Assembly: GCA_039830035.1 (NCBI GenBank)
Contig: CP140038.1
Coordinates: 193,397-257,396 of the forward strand
Origin: Buchnera aphidicola (Meitanaphis flavogallis)
GTDB lineage: Bacteria > Pseudomonadota > Gammaproteobacteria > Enterobacterales > Enterobacteriaceae
Length of the DNA stretch: 64,000 bases
Direction: 5' to 3'
Part shown: positions 43,443 through 53,370 of the stretch, piece by piece
Numbering within the stretch: position 1 is the first letter of the stretch
Layout: each line of letters opens with the position of its first letter
Program-made: the position numbers and the translations under genes
Notes under the pieces: model-generated
The model's input: the letters and a program-made list of their open reading frames with translations, nothing else
What the model was told of the DNA's origin: nothing
Databases searched by the model: none

Positions 43443-44811
43443 AATTACATTCCTCAACTAATTTTTTTACTATTCTTTCTAGATTTTCGCTTCTAGATCC
43501 TTTAATTAAAATTGTAATTTTTTCATACATAAAAATTTTTTTAGTTAAATCTTTAATTAGTGTATTAATATTAGTGTAATGGTTTCCTTTTTTACTATTA
43601 ATACTGATAGATTTACTTAATTTTCCAATGCTCATAACTTCGTTTATATCAGATATGTAAATGACATTACCAATTATTTTATGATACATAGTACTCATTT
43701 TTCCTAATTCAGACATATCACCAGATACAAAAATTTTATATCCAGGCATGTTTTCTAACACTTTAATTGCTACAATCATTGATGCAACATTAGCATTGTA
43801 AGTATCGTTTATAATAGTTTTATGTTGGCTTAGTGTGATAGTTTCTAATCTACCTGAAAGTATTGGAATTTTAGATAATCCGAGTTGAATGCATTGAAGT
43901 GGAATGTTTAATGTTATTGCTATAGCGGCTGCAGCTAGAGCATTAGAAATATTGTGAAATCCAAGCAAAGGCAAATTAACATTTATAACTCCATTCGGAG
44001 AATGTAGAATGAAGGATGAGCCTGTATTATCAATAACGATATTGCTTGCAAAGAATTGACTTTTTTTTTTTATTGAAAACCAAATAATGTTTTGGCTGTT
44101 TATGTTTTTTTTCCATCTTGACCAATGATGACTATCAGCATTAAATATAGCTGTACCAGTTTTAGGTAATGTACAAAGAATTTCTTGTTTTGATTTAGAG
44201 ATTCCTAATAAAGATTTAAATCCATCTAAATGCGAATAATAAATGTTGTTTATTAATGCAATATTAGGATTTGTTAATTTTGTTGCATATAAAATTTCTT
44301 TAGGATGATTAGCTCCTATTTCAATAACAGCATATTTATATGATAGATCAAGATTTAGTAGAGTTAATGGTACTCCAATATTATTGTTAAAATTTTTAAA
44401 GGTAGATAAAGTTTTTCCATAACATTGCAAGATAGAAGTAGTAATTTCTTTTACAGATGTTTTTCCAGAAGATCCAGTTAATGCTATAATACTAGCATTA
44501 CTTTGTTGTCTAATCCAAAATGCTATATTTCCTAGTGCTAAAGTAGTATTTTGCACAACTATTTGTGGTAGCTTGATATCAAGTTTTTTTTCTAATACTA
44601 CTGCTGTAGCTCCTTTTTTCATTGCTGCATAAACGAAATTATGTGCATCGAAATTTTTTCCGATCAAAGCAATAAATAAACATCCTGGAGTAATTGTTCT
44701 TGAATCAGTACTTATAGCATGAAAAATTAAGTTATTTATTTTTACATTATTTTTGTTAAAAAAATAACCTTTTGTGATACGACATATTTGATAAAAAGAT
44801 ATTGGGATCAT
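43435..44811 (-). CDS. murF: UDP-N-acetylmuramoyl-tripeptide--D-alanyl-D-alanine ligase
   Basis: 458 aa ORF with the ALTGSSGKTSVKE P-loop. It is Mur-ligase colinear and contains an in-frame A11 tract (44061-44071). Confidence 0.93.
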   Translation of the reverse strand: MIPISFYQICRITKGYFFNKNNVKINNLIFHAISTDSRTITPGCLFIALIGKNFDAHNFVYAAMKKGATAVVLEKKLDIKLPQIVVQNTTLALGNIAFWIRQQSNASIIALTGSSGKTSVKEITTSILQCYGKTLSTFKNFNNNIGVPLTLLNLDLSYKYAVIEIGANHPKEILYATKLTNPNIALINNIYYSHLDGFKSLLGISKSKQEILCTLPKTGTAIFNADSHHWSRWKKNINSQNIIWFSIKKKSQFFASNIVIDNTGSSFILHSPNGVINVNLPLLGFHNISNALAAAAIAITLNIPLQCIQLGLSKIPILSGRLETITLSQHKTIINDTYNANVASMIVAIKVLENMPGYKIFVSGDMSELGKMSTMYHKIIGNVIYISDINEVMSIGKLSKSISINSKKGNHYTNINTLIKDLTKKIFMYEKITILIKGSRSENLERIVKKLVEECNYD

Positions 44812-44813
44812 AT

Positions 44814-46297
44814 TTATTTTTCCAATAGTTTTTTAATTGTTTCATAGTCAGAAAAATAATAAGTTTTATTTTTTATTATTTGATATTTTTCATGACCTTT
44901 TCCTAATACAACTACACAGTCATTGATGTTAGCATTCATTATGGCAAATTTGATTGCTTGTTTTCGATCCAATATAATATGTATATTTTTTTTATTTTGA
45001 ATGTTTTGTGTGATATCTTTTATAATTTCTTTTGGATTCTCGTTTCTGGGATTGTCATTAGTTAGAACGATTTTATTAGCAATTTTTTCAGAAATCTTTC
45101 CCATTAGGGATCTCTTTAATTTGTCTCTATTTCCTCCGCATCCAAATACACACCATACATTGTGATGATATATTTTACGAATAGTTTGTAATACATTTTT
45201 AAAAGCGTCTTCATTATGTGCATAATCAATGATAATGTTTGGTTTATTTGGAATTTTAAGAGATTGCATTCTTCCAGGAACGGCTATTATATATTCGCAT
45301 ACGTCTATCAAGCAAGATAGTGAAAACCCCAAGTTTAATAATGCCACTAAAGCTAGTAGTAAATTAGTAACGTTAAAGTTTCCAATTAATTGGCTTTTTA
45401 ACAATCCTTTTCCCCAACTAGATTTAAAGTAAATGTAAGTATAATTTGTATTATATATTATACGATATGCGTGTACCCATCGTTTAAATAATGAGTAATT
45501 AAAATTTTTATTTATACTTACGACGATAGTTCTTTTTTTAGATAATTTTTTTGTCCATAGTTTTCCAATATGATTATCTATATTAATTATGAATGTTTTA
45601 ATTTTGTTTTTAGAAAAAAAAGTCCATTTTGCTTTAATATAGTTTTCTATAGTTTTGTGATAGTCTAAGTGGTCTGATGTAATGTTTGTCAAAATTGCCA
45701 TAGAAAAATTTAAATTTGACACTCTATGTTGTATGATTCCATGCGAAGATATTTCCATAGCAATTGTTTTTATATCGTTTATTAACATTTCTTTTAAGAA
45801 TTTTTGTATATTTATAGGAGAATCAGTTGTATTTACAGATGGTTTTAGATCGTTGTAAGTTCCATTCCCTAGACTTCCCATAATTCCTATTCTTTGGTTT
45901 AATAAGTAATTCCATTGAGCAATAATATGAGTCACAGTACTTTTTCCATTAGTTCCAGTGACTCCAATAAGTGTTAATTCTTCATTTACTTCATAATATC
46001 TATTGGATATTTTGGATAAATTTTTAGATAATTTTAAAAAATAAATTACTGGAATGTGTTTATTTTTATATGTTATATGTCCATGATATTCTTTTTTTTT
46101 GTTTCGCAAAGAATAGCTATTGCTCCATTATCAATAGCTTTTTTTATAAATTGTCGTCCATGAAATATATTTCCTTGTAGTGCGCAGAATAAGTTTCCTG
46201 TAGTAACTTTTCGACTATCTGATGCTATTCCAGTTATATTATATGATTGTGTTATATTCATCCAAGGTTGTAATAGGGTTTGTAGGTTATGTTTCAT
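44814..46297 (-). pseudogene. murE: UDP-N-acetylmuramoyl-L-alanyl-D-glutamate--2,6-diaminopimelate ligase, split by a frameshift at an A9 tract (possibly rescued by slippage)
   Basis: Two track ORFs (46073-46297 and 44814-46109) overlap by 37 nt in different frames. The first, MKHNLQTLLQPWM...IASDSRKVTTGNLFCALQG...AIAILCETKKK, matches the MurE N-terminus. The second carries GVTGTNGKST, DNPRNE and the rest. The break is at A9 (46092-46100). Confidence 0.9.
46092..46100 (-). repeat. A9 (sense-strand) homopolymer at the murE frameshift site
   Basis: Nine T on the plus strand between c46091 and g46101. One extra A gives ETKKKEYHGHITYKNKHIPVIYF. Confidence 0.9.
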
Positions 46298-47729
46298 TTT
46301 TACTCCAAAATTTTGTGATGTATTTAATATATAAATAAATTATCAGGTTGAATATTAATAATTTTTAATGCAAAACTCATAATTGTACTAAATACTGGAG
46401 CTGAAATAGTTCCTCCATAGTATTGTCCTGCTCGTGGATCATTAATCATCACAAGCAAAGAAAATTGTGGATTGCTAATTGGAGCAAGTCCTACTGCATA
46501 TGATACGTATCTATTTACGTATTTTCCGTTTGAATTGACTTTTTTTGCAGTACCCGTCTTTACAGCAACTTTATAGCCTTTAATGGCTGCTTTTACTCCT
46601 ACGCCTCCTGGCTGAGTTACTGATTCGAGCATGTTTAATACGATTTTTACTAAAGATTTTGAAAATATTCGTTTTTCGTTGTTTTTGTTATTAGTTTTAA
46701 TAATAGATAATGGTTTGTATAATCCATATCTACCCATAATTGTGTATACGTTAACCAATTGTAGTGGTGTAACCATCAATCCATATCCAAAAGAAAATGT
46801 TACTTTATCTAAGTTAGACCAATGTTTTTTTTTGGGGTAAATTCCTTTTTTTTCTCCTATCAATCCTGAATTTGTCGATTTTCCTAAGCCAAATCTAGAA
46901 TAAATATCAATTAATTCAGATTCTGACATAGATAGTGCTATTTTAGATACACCTGTATTGCTTGATTTTTTCAAAATATCGGTAACTGATAATTGTCTGT
47001 TATATGAAACATCTTTTATTACGTGTTTATCTATTATAAAAGGTGTTGTGTCAATAATAGATTTTGGAGTTATTATTTTTTTTTGCAATGCTTTCATAAT
47101 TACCATTGGTTTAACTGTTGATCCAGGCTCAAATACGTCAGTCACGGCTCTGTTACGAATTAAATCCATAGATACTTTTTTTAAATTATTTGGATTATAT
47201 GTAGGGCTATTGACCATAGCTAGGATTTCTCCAGTTTTAATATTTGTTAAAATAGCCGTTCCAGATTGAGCTTTATGAAAACTAACAGCATGACTTAATT
47301 CGCGATATATAATCGTTTGTAATCTTATGTCTATACTAAGATTTATATTGCGTGGCGCATTTTTTTTAATTAATGAAACATTTTCAATAATGTTTCCAAA
47401 CTTGTCGGTTCTAATTTTTCTTTTACCTGGAGCTCCTTGAAGTATTTTGTTAAAACTCTTTTCTATTCCTTCGATGCCTATTCCATCTGTGTTGGTGAAT
47501 CCAATTAATTGCGAAACTATTTTTCCAGAAGGGTAGTATCGCTTAAAATCTTCAACAATATATACACCTGGTAAGTTTAATTTTTTTATGTATTCTCCAA
47601 TTTCTGGACTAACTTTTCGTGCTAGATATGTAAAACGATTGTTTTTAAAATGATTAATTTTATATATAATTTTTTCTAGAGGAGTGGATAGTACTTTCGA
47701 TAATGCTTTCCACTTTGCATTTATAACTA

Positions 47730-47739
47730 TTTTTTTTTT
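47730..47739 (-). repeat. A10 (sense-strand) homopolymer at the second ftsI frameshift site
   Basis: Ten T on the plus strand. As written, the middle frame ends ...TCA AAA AAA AAA TAG. One extra A continues as ATA GTT ATA AAT GCA AAG TGG. Confidence 0.9.
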
Positions 47740-47988
47740 GAAAAAAATATTTTTGGATCAATACAAATGTTATTCGTAGGTATACTTAGAGCTAATATAT
47801 TTCCTGATCTATCCTTAATAGTTCCTCTTGAATTTGTTTCTACTTGTATTCTTGATGATCTTAAATCACTTTCTTTAATTAGTTGCTTAGTTTTAAATAA
47901 TTGTAATATAGTTATTTTAAGTAAAATTATGATGATAGAAATAGTAATTATACTAAGTAGTGTGATAAGTCGATGATTGAAATAACAG

Positions 47989-47998
47989 TTTTTTTTTT
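47989..47998 (-). repeat. A10 (sense-strand) homopolymer at the first ftsI frameshift site
   Basis: Ten T on the plus strand. The start frame reads CTA AAA AAA AAA CTG and stops 12 codons later. One fewer A reads LKKNCYFNHRLITLL, which includes the transmembrane helix. Confidence 0.9.
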
Positions 47999-48066
47999 AG
48001 ATAACTAAATGGAATGTTGTTGAAAAAATATTTCATGAATTTGTAAATTTCCTATTGTTTCAGTAA

Positions 48067-48381
48067 TTATTGTGAAAAAATATTTTCTTCTAATGGGTTA
48101 ATATAGATCATATTTAATTTTTCTATAGCATTTTTTTCAATTTTTCTATGGGAGGATAATAAGTTTCTTTCTAAAATTAAATTATTCCACTCTATTTCTG
48201 CTTTCTTTTGAATAATATTTAATCGTTCTCCTTGCGCAATTAGTAATCTTGTTTTATGAACTATAGTAACAATTAATATTGAAAAAACTGTAATTATTAC
48301 AAGTAAAATTAATACTTGTTTGTGGATTTTTATAACGTCGTTAAAAATTATTTTAGGTAAATTATAAATGTCATCATTCAT
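48067..48381 (-). CDS. ftsL: Cell division protein FtsL
   Basis: 104 aa ORF with a single transmembrane helix followed by a coiled-coil-like region. It sits between rsmH and ftsI. Confidence 0.85.
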   Translation of the reverse strand: MNDDIYNLPKIIFNDVIKIHKQVLILLVIITVFSILIVTIVHKTRLLIAQGERLNIIQKKAEIEWNNLILERNLLSSHRKIEKNAIEKLNMIYINPLEENIFSQ

Positions 48382-49314
48382 CTATATTTTTTCCGATGTT
48401 CTTAAAATTGCACTACGTGATTTCAGATTGTTTTTAATTTCTTTTTTAGTTGGTATAATTTTATTAATAATTTTTAATGTTGTTTTTTTTAGATTTCTTA
48501 ATTGTATTTCATTAATAGCAATTCCCATAGGAATTAAAGGTGTATTGCTGTTTTTTATAAAAAAATTTTTAACTATACGATCTTCTAATGAATGAAAACT
48601 AATTATTACGAGTCGACCTCCAGAATTTAATAATGTTAACGCATATTTTAAAACTTTCTTAAGTTCGATTAATTCTCGGTTAATATGTATTCTGATAGCT
48701 TGAAAAGTTCTTGTAGCAGAGTGTTTTTTTCTTCTTGGAACAATATTTTTTACGAGATCAGCTAATTCTATGGTTTGAACAATTGGTTTAATTTTTCTTT
48801 GTCTTATGATTTGATTAGCTATTTTTTTTGCAAAACGTTCCTCCCCAAATTCATATAGTACGTTTGTAATTGATTTAATATTGGCTTTCATTAACCATTG
48901 CGATGCTGTTATTCCTATTTTTGGATTCATACGCATATCCAGTGGTCCGTTTAATAAAAAAGAAAATCCTCGATTAGAATTACCAATTTGTATAGATGAT
49001 ACTCCTAAATCTAATAATATTCCATCGACTTTTTTTGTTATATTTTTTTCTTGAAAATGTCGTAAAGCGTTAGAGAAATTATCTGAAATAAAATAGAATC
49101 TATGATCTTGGATTGTAGATGCTATATTGATAGAAAATGGATCTTTATCAATAGCATATAATTTTCCATTTTTGTTTAAATTCTTTAATATTTCTTTTGA
49201 ATGACCTCCGCATCCAAATGTACAATCAATATAAATTCCATTTTTTTTAATATTTAACGATGCAATAGTTTCTTCTTTTAGAACAGGAATATGAGTTAAA
49301 TGTATATTATTCAT
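48382..49314 (-). CDS. rsmH: 16S rRNA (cytosine1402-N4)-methyltransferase
   Basis: 310 aa ORF with HIPVLKEE, DCTFGCGGHS, DLGVSS and SFHSLEDRIVK motifs. Confidence 0.94.
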   Translation of the reverse strand: MNNIHLTHIPVLKEETIASLNIKKNGIYIDCTFGCGGHSKEILKNLNKNGKLYAIDKDPFSINIASTIQDHRFYFISDNFSNALRHFQEKNITKKVDGILLDLGVSSIQIGNSNRGFSFLLNGPLDMRMNPKIGITASQWLMKANIKSITNVLYEFGEERFAKKIANQIIRQRKIKPIVQTIELADLVKNIVPRRKKHSATRTFQAIRIHINRELIELKKVLKYALTLLNSGGRLVIISFHSLEDRIVKNFFIKNSNTPLIPMGIAINEIQLRNLKKTTLKIINKIIPTKKEIKNNLKSRSAILRTSEKI

Positions 49315-49478
49315 AGTTATAATTTAGTACCGCAATGTTCTAATGATGTAATTTGTATATTTTCTATTTTTATTTATATATATGTTTAGAAAAATTAGTA
49401 TAATAAGACAGACATTTTTTAAAAAATGAGTTTTATAATGTTATTTTTTAAATTATCTTCAAATATAAATTATAAACG

Positions 49479-49958
49479 TTAGTTTCTGGAGATACTTATG
49501 ATGCCTGAACGAGAAATTTCAATAATTTCAGATATATCTTGTATGACTGCTAAGTATGAGTCTAATTTATTACTAGTTCCTGATAATTGTACAGTATAAT
49601 GTAAAGATGTAACGTTTACGATTTTTCCTTGAAAAATATCTGTAATATGTTTTAGTTCTTTTCGAATTATACTAGTTGTACTTTTAATTTTAACTAATAT
49701 AATTTCTCGTTCTAAATAATTTTCGTATTCTATTTCGGTAACTTTTAAAACATCAATTAATTTATGTAGTTGTTTTTCGATTTGTTCAATTATTTTTTCG
49801 TCTCCAATCGTTTGTATTGTCATTTTTGATAAAGATGGATCTTCTGTTGGTGCTACAGTAATGCTGTCTATGTTGTATCCGCGTTGTGAAAACAAACCTA
49901 CTACTCTTGATAATGCTCCAGATTCGTTTTCTAATAAAATAGATATAATTCTTTTCAT
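49479..49958 (-). CDS. ilvH: Acetolactate synthase III small (regulatory) subunit
   Basis: 159 aa ORF with the ACT domain start [30 protein letters not shown]. Confidence 0.93.
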   Translation of the reverse strand: MKRIISILLENESGALSRVVGLFSQRGYNIDSITVAPTEDPSLSKMTIQTIGDEKIIEQIEKQLHKLIDVLKVTEIEYENYLEREIILVKIKSTTSIIRKELKHITDIFQGKIVNVTSLHYTVQLSGTSNKLDSYLAVIQDISEIIEISRSGIISISRN

Positions 49959-49963
49959 AAGAT

Positions 49964-51685
49964 TTATTTTTCTTTTTTCCTTAATAGCATATTATTCATC
50001 CCGCCATCTCGAATTTGCATGGGATATACATGTTCTGAAGCATCAATAGCAATATCAACAAAAACTAAATGCCCTTTACTGAGTTCTTCTAGAGATAATT
50101 TTAATTTTTTTTCTAGGTCTTTAGGGTGTTGGATGGAAACTCCTATATGACCATAAGACTCAGCTAATTTTACAAAATTTGGAAGTGATTTCATATAAGA
50201 ATGAGAATGTCGACCTGAATAAATTATATCTTGCCATTGTCTTACCATTCCTAAAGATTTGTTGTTTAAATTCAATATTAATACTGGTAGTTCATATTGC
50301 ATAGCTGTAGATAGTTCTTGAATATTCATTTGGATACTTCCATCTCCAGTTATACAAATAACAATTTCTTTTGGAAATGCTAGCTTAACGCCTAGCGCTG
50401 CTGGTAATCCAAATCCCATAGTTCCTAAACCACCTGAATTAATCCATCTTCTTGGTTTAAAAAAGGGATAATATAATGCTGCAAACATTTGATGTTGTCC
50501 AACGTCTGATGTAACGTAAGCTTTTCCTTGAGTGAGTTTCCAGATCGTTTGAATTACGTTTTGTGGTTTTATATTATTGTTGTCTACATCAAAGTGTAAA
50601 CTATTTATATTTTTCCAATTATGAATTTTTATCCACCACTTTTTTAAACAGCAAAATTCTTGCATAAGTATGTTATTTTTTATGAACTGCAACATTTGTT
50701 TTAAGATATTTTTTGCATTTCCTACAATTGGAACATGTGCAGTAATAGTTTTTGATATAGAAGTAGGATCAATATCAATGTGTATAATTGTTGCATCAGG
50801 ACAATATTTGTTTACATTATTAGTAGTTCTATCATCAAATCTTACTCCAATCGCTAAAATTACATCTGAATGATGCATGGCCATATTAGCTTCGTAGGTG
50901 CCATGCATACCCAACATATGTAGATTTTGGGGGTGGTTTCCAGGAAATGCACCTAAAGCCATTAAAGAAGTGGTAACTGGAATATTAAGTGTTTCTGCAA
51001 GTTCTTTTAATTCTACATGGCTATTAGAACTAATAACTCCACCTCCTATATATATTACAGGTTGTTTTGCTGTTTTTAAAATGTCGATAGCTTTTTTTAT
51101 TTGACCTGGATTTCCTTTAATTATGGGATTGTAAGATCTTATGTTAACTTCTTTAGGCCATATATATGGTTTTTTGTTATTGGAATTGAGAATGTCTTTT
51201 GGAAGATCGATAACGATTGGGCCTGGTCGACCACTAGATGCTAACCAAAACGCTTTCTTAAAAGTGATAGGAATGTCTTCTGTTTTTTTTACTAAAAAAC
51301 TATGTTTGACTATTGGTCTCGAAATTCCTATCATGTCACATTCTTGAAATGCATCATATCCTATTAAAGAAGATGCTACTTGTCCTGATATTATTACTAT
51401 AGGAACAGAATCCATATATGCTGTAGCAATACCTGTTATAGCATTAGTTGCCCCAGGTCCAGAAGTCACTAAAACGACTCCTATCTTTCCAGTAGCTCGT
51501 GCATATCCATCAGCCATATGCATTGCTCCTTGTTCGTGGCGAACTAAAATATGTTGAATTTTTTTAGCGGATTTTAGAGAGTCGTATATATCTAATACTG
51601 CTCCTCCTGGGTATCCGAAAATATGCTCAATGCCTTGGTCAATCAGTGATTGAATAACCATTTCGGATCCTGATAGAATTTCCAT
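49964..51685 (-). CDS. ilvI: Acetolactate synthase III large subunit
   Basis: 573 aa ThDP enzyme ([44 protein letters not shown]). Confidence 0.95.
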   Translation of the reverse strand: MEILSGSEMVIQSLIDQGIEHIFGYPGGAVLDIYDSLKSAKKIQHILVRHEQGAMHMADGYARATGKIGVVLVTSGPGATNAITGIATAYMDSVPIVIISGQVASSLIGYDAFQECDMIGISRPIVKHSFLVKKTEDIPITFKKAFWLASSGRPGPIVIDLPKDILNSNNKKPYIWPKEVNIRSYNPIIKGNPGQIKKAIDILKTAKQPVIYIGGGVISSNSHVELKELAETLNIPVTTSLMALGAFPGNHPQNLHMLGMHGTYEANMAMHHSDVILAIGVRFDDRTTNNVNKYCPDATIIHIDIDPTSISKTITAHVPIVGNAKNILKQMLQFIKNNILMQEFCCLKKWWIKIHNWKNINSLHFDVDNNNIKPQNVIQTIWKLTQGKAYVTSDVGQHQMFAALYYPFFKPRRWINSGGLGTMGFGLPAALGVKLAFPKEIVICITGDGSIQMNIQELSTAMQYELPVLILNLNNKSLGMVRQWQDIIYSGRHSHSYMKSLPNFVKLAESYGHIGVSIQHPKDLEKKLKLSLEELSKGHLVFVDIAIDASEHVYPMQIRDGGMNNMLLRKKEK

Positions 51686-51851
51686 TTTTTCTCCAATTTT
51701 TATTTTTTGAATATAAATCGATATGTATATATTATTTTTAATATTGAAATGTTTTTGTGTTTATTATCTATTATTATTGTTAGTTTTAATTTTTTTTAAT
51801 GTTATTAAATTGTATAACATAAGATATTGTTATTCAAAAAAATAAATGTTT

Positions 51852-52873
51852 TTAGAAATCTTTTTTTAAAAAAAAATAAAATTTAGGTGAAATCCATGTA
51901 AATAATTTAGATCCGTGTTTTTTTATCAAACACACTGCTAATTTTTCTTTAATAGCTAACTGTTTAGCTTTTTCAAATCCTAATATCATTAATCCTGTAT
52001 CCCATGCATCTGATTCTAATGCTGATTTTGTGATTACACTCACTGAAACTAAATCAGTTTTAGTGGGATACCCTGTAATAGGATCAAGTAAATGCACAAT
52101 TTTTTTTCCTTTTAGATAATAATAATTTCTATAAGTGCCAGATGTACTAATGGCATGATTTTGTAATTTTACAATCATATGGATGTTAATTTTTTTGTCT
52201 GTTGGTTTTTGTATAGCTATTATTTTAGGATTAGAAAAATTGTTTTTACTATGAGTAGTAATTGCTCCTCCAACAGAGATAACAAAATCTTCTATTCCTT
52301 TTTTTATAAGTAGTTCTTTTAAATGATCAGCAATGAAACCTTCTCCTAGCGTAGAAAAATCTAATGTTATTTTTTTTATGTTTTTTTTTAAGTAATATTT
52401 TTTATTTTTTTTAATAAGTTTTATATTTTTTAATCCTGTGAACAACAATGCATTTTTAATTGTTTTCAATTTAGGAATTTTATTTGGAGGTTTTTTTGGC
52501 CCGAAACCCCATATATTGACTAATGTTCCTATAGTAACGTCTAAAGCATAAGATGTTTTTTTTCCTATTAATAATGCTGTTAACATTATTTTGGCAAAGT
52601 TTTTGCTAATATGTTGAGGTTTAGTACCGTAATAGTTATTAAATTTTAAAATTTTAGAATTTTTTTCCCAAAAAGATAATTCTTTGTTATCATAATACAA
52701 TTGTTTATTGATTTCTTTTATTAATTTTTTATTATTCGCGTATGTATTGATAAGATTTATTTGCCATGTTGTTCCCATAGTTTTTCCAGACAAATAAACT
52801 GTTTTTGTTTGCTCTTTTTTATATAAATTTATGTATAGAAATATAAGTAAAAAAAAAATATTCTTAAAAACAT
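51852..52873 (-). CDS. apbE: FAD:protein FMN transferase ApbE, with its likely N-terminal signal/anchor reached only through a T10 frameshift
   Basis: The track ORF (51852-52793, TTG start) carries LSGKTMGTTW, DVTIGTLVNIWGFGP, STLGEGF, SGTYRNYY and DAWDTGLMILG motifs. The same frame is open a further 28 codons upstream (KYVFKNIFFLLIFLYINLYKKEQTKTVY) but has no start codon. ATG 52873 (AGGA 13 nt upstream) is in another frame, and the two frames meet at T10 (52849-52858). Confidence 0.8.
52849..52858 (-). repeat. T10 (sense-strand) homopolymer at the putative apbE N-terminal frameshift
   Basis: Ten A on the plus strand. One extra T gives MFLRIFFFLLIFLYINLYKKEQTKTVYLSGKTMGTTW. Confidence 0.85.
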
Positions 52874-53370
52874 ATTTTCACAATTCCTGTACATACTTTA
52901 AAAAAGTTATATTGATGTGGAATATTCATATGTTTTGGAAGCGAATATAATAAAGTTATTTAATTGAAATTATGTAATTATTGATTACAATGGTTATTGT
53001 ATATTATGCGAGTTTTAATAAAAATTTTCAAAAGTGTTAGTGATATATAAATTTATTTTATACATATTTTTTATGTAAAAGTATTATAATGCATATCATA
53101 TTACTATATCAAATTAAAATAAAAAAATGTAACTGTGTATGCGTATTTTTATATTAATATTATATAAGTTTTATATTTAGATTAATATTTTATGTATGTT
53201 AAAGTTTTTATAGAAAGAAAAACATCGTTGAGTTATATAAAGTATATTTCTAAATTTATAGAGTTCATTGATTTTTCTATTAACATAATTTATTCCATAC
53301 AATTAAGTAAAATATAATAATTTAGTTTTAATTTTATAATACCTAGTATTAATTAAATTATGAGAAAAAA

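Larger units (their letters stand above)
46324..48036 (-). pseudogene. ftsI: Peptidoglycan D,D-transpeptidase FtsI (PBP3), interrupted by two A10 frameshifts (possibly rescued by slippage)
   Basis: The track shows only the C-terminal 297 aa (STVK, SSN and KTGTA motifs). My translation gives three segments. From ATG 48036: MKYFFNNIPFSYLKKK. After the first shift: NCYFNHRLITLLSIITISIIIILL...SRGTIKDRSGNILALSIPTNNICIDPKIFFSKKK. After the second shift: IVINAKWKAL...YYPSGKIVSQLIGFTNTDGIGIEGIEKSF...TGEILAMVNSPTYNPNN. All three segments are colinear with E. coli FtsI. Confidence 0.88.
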
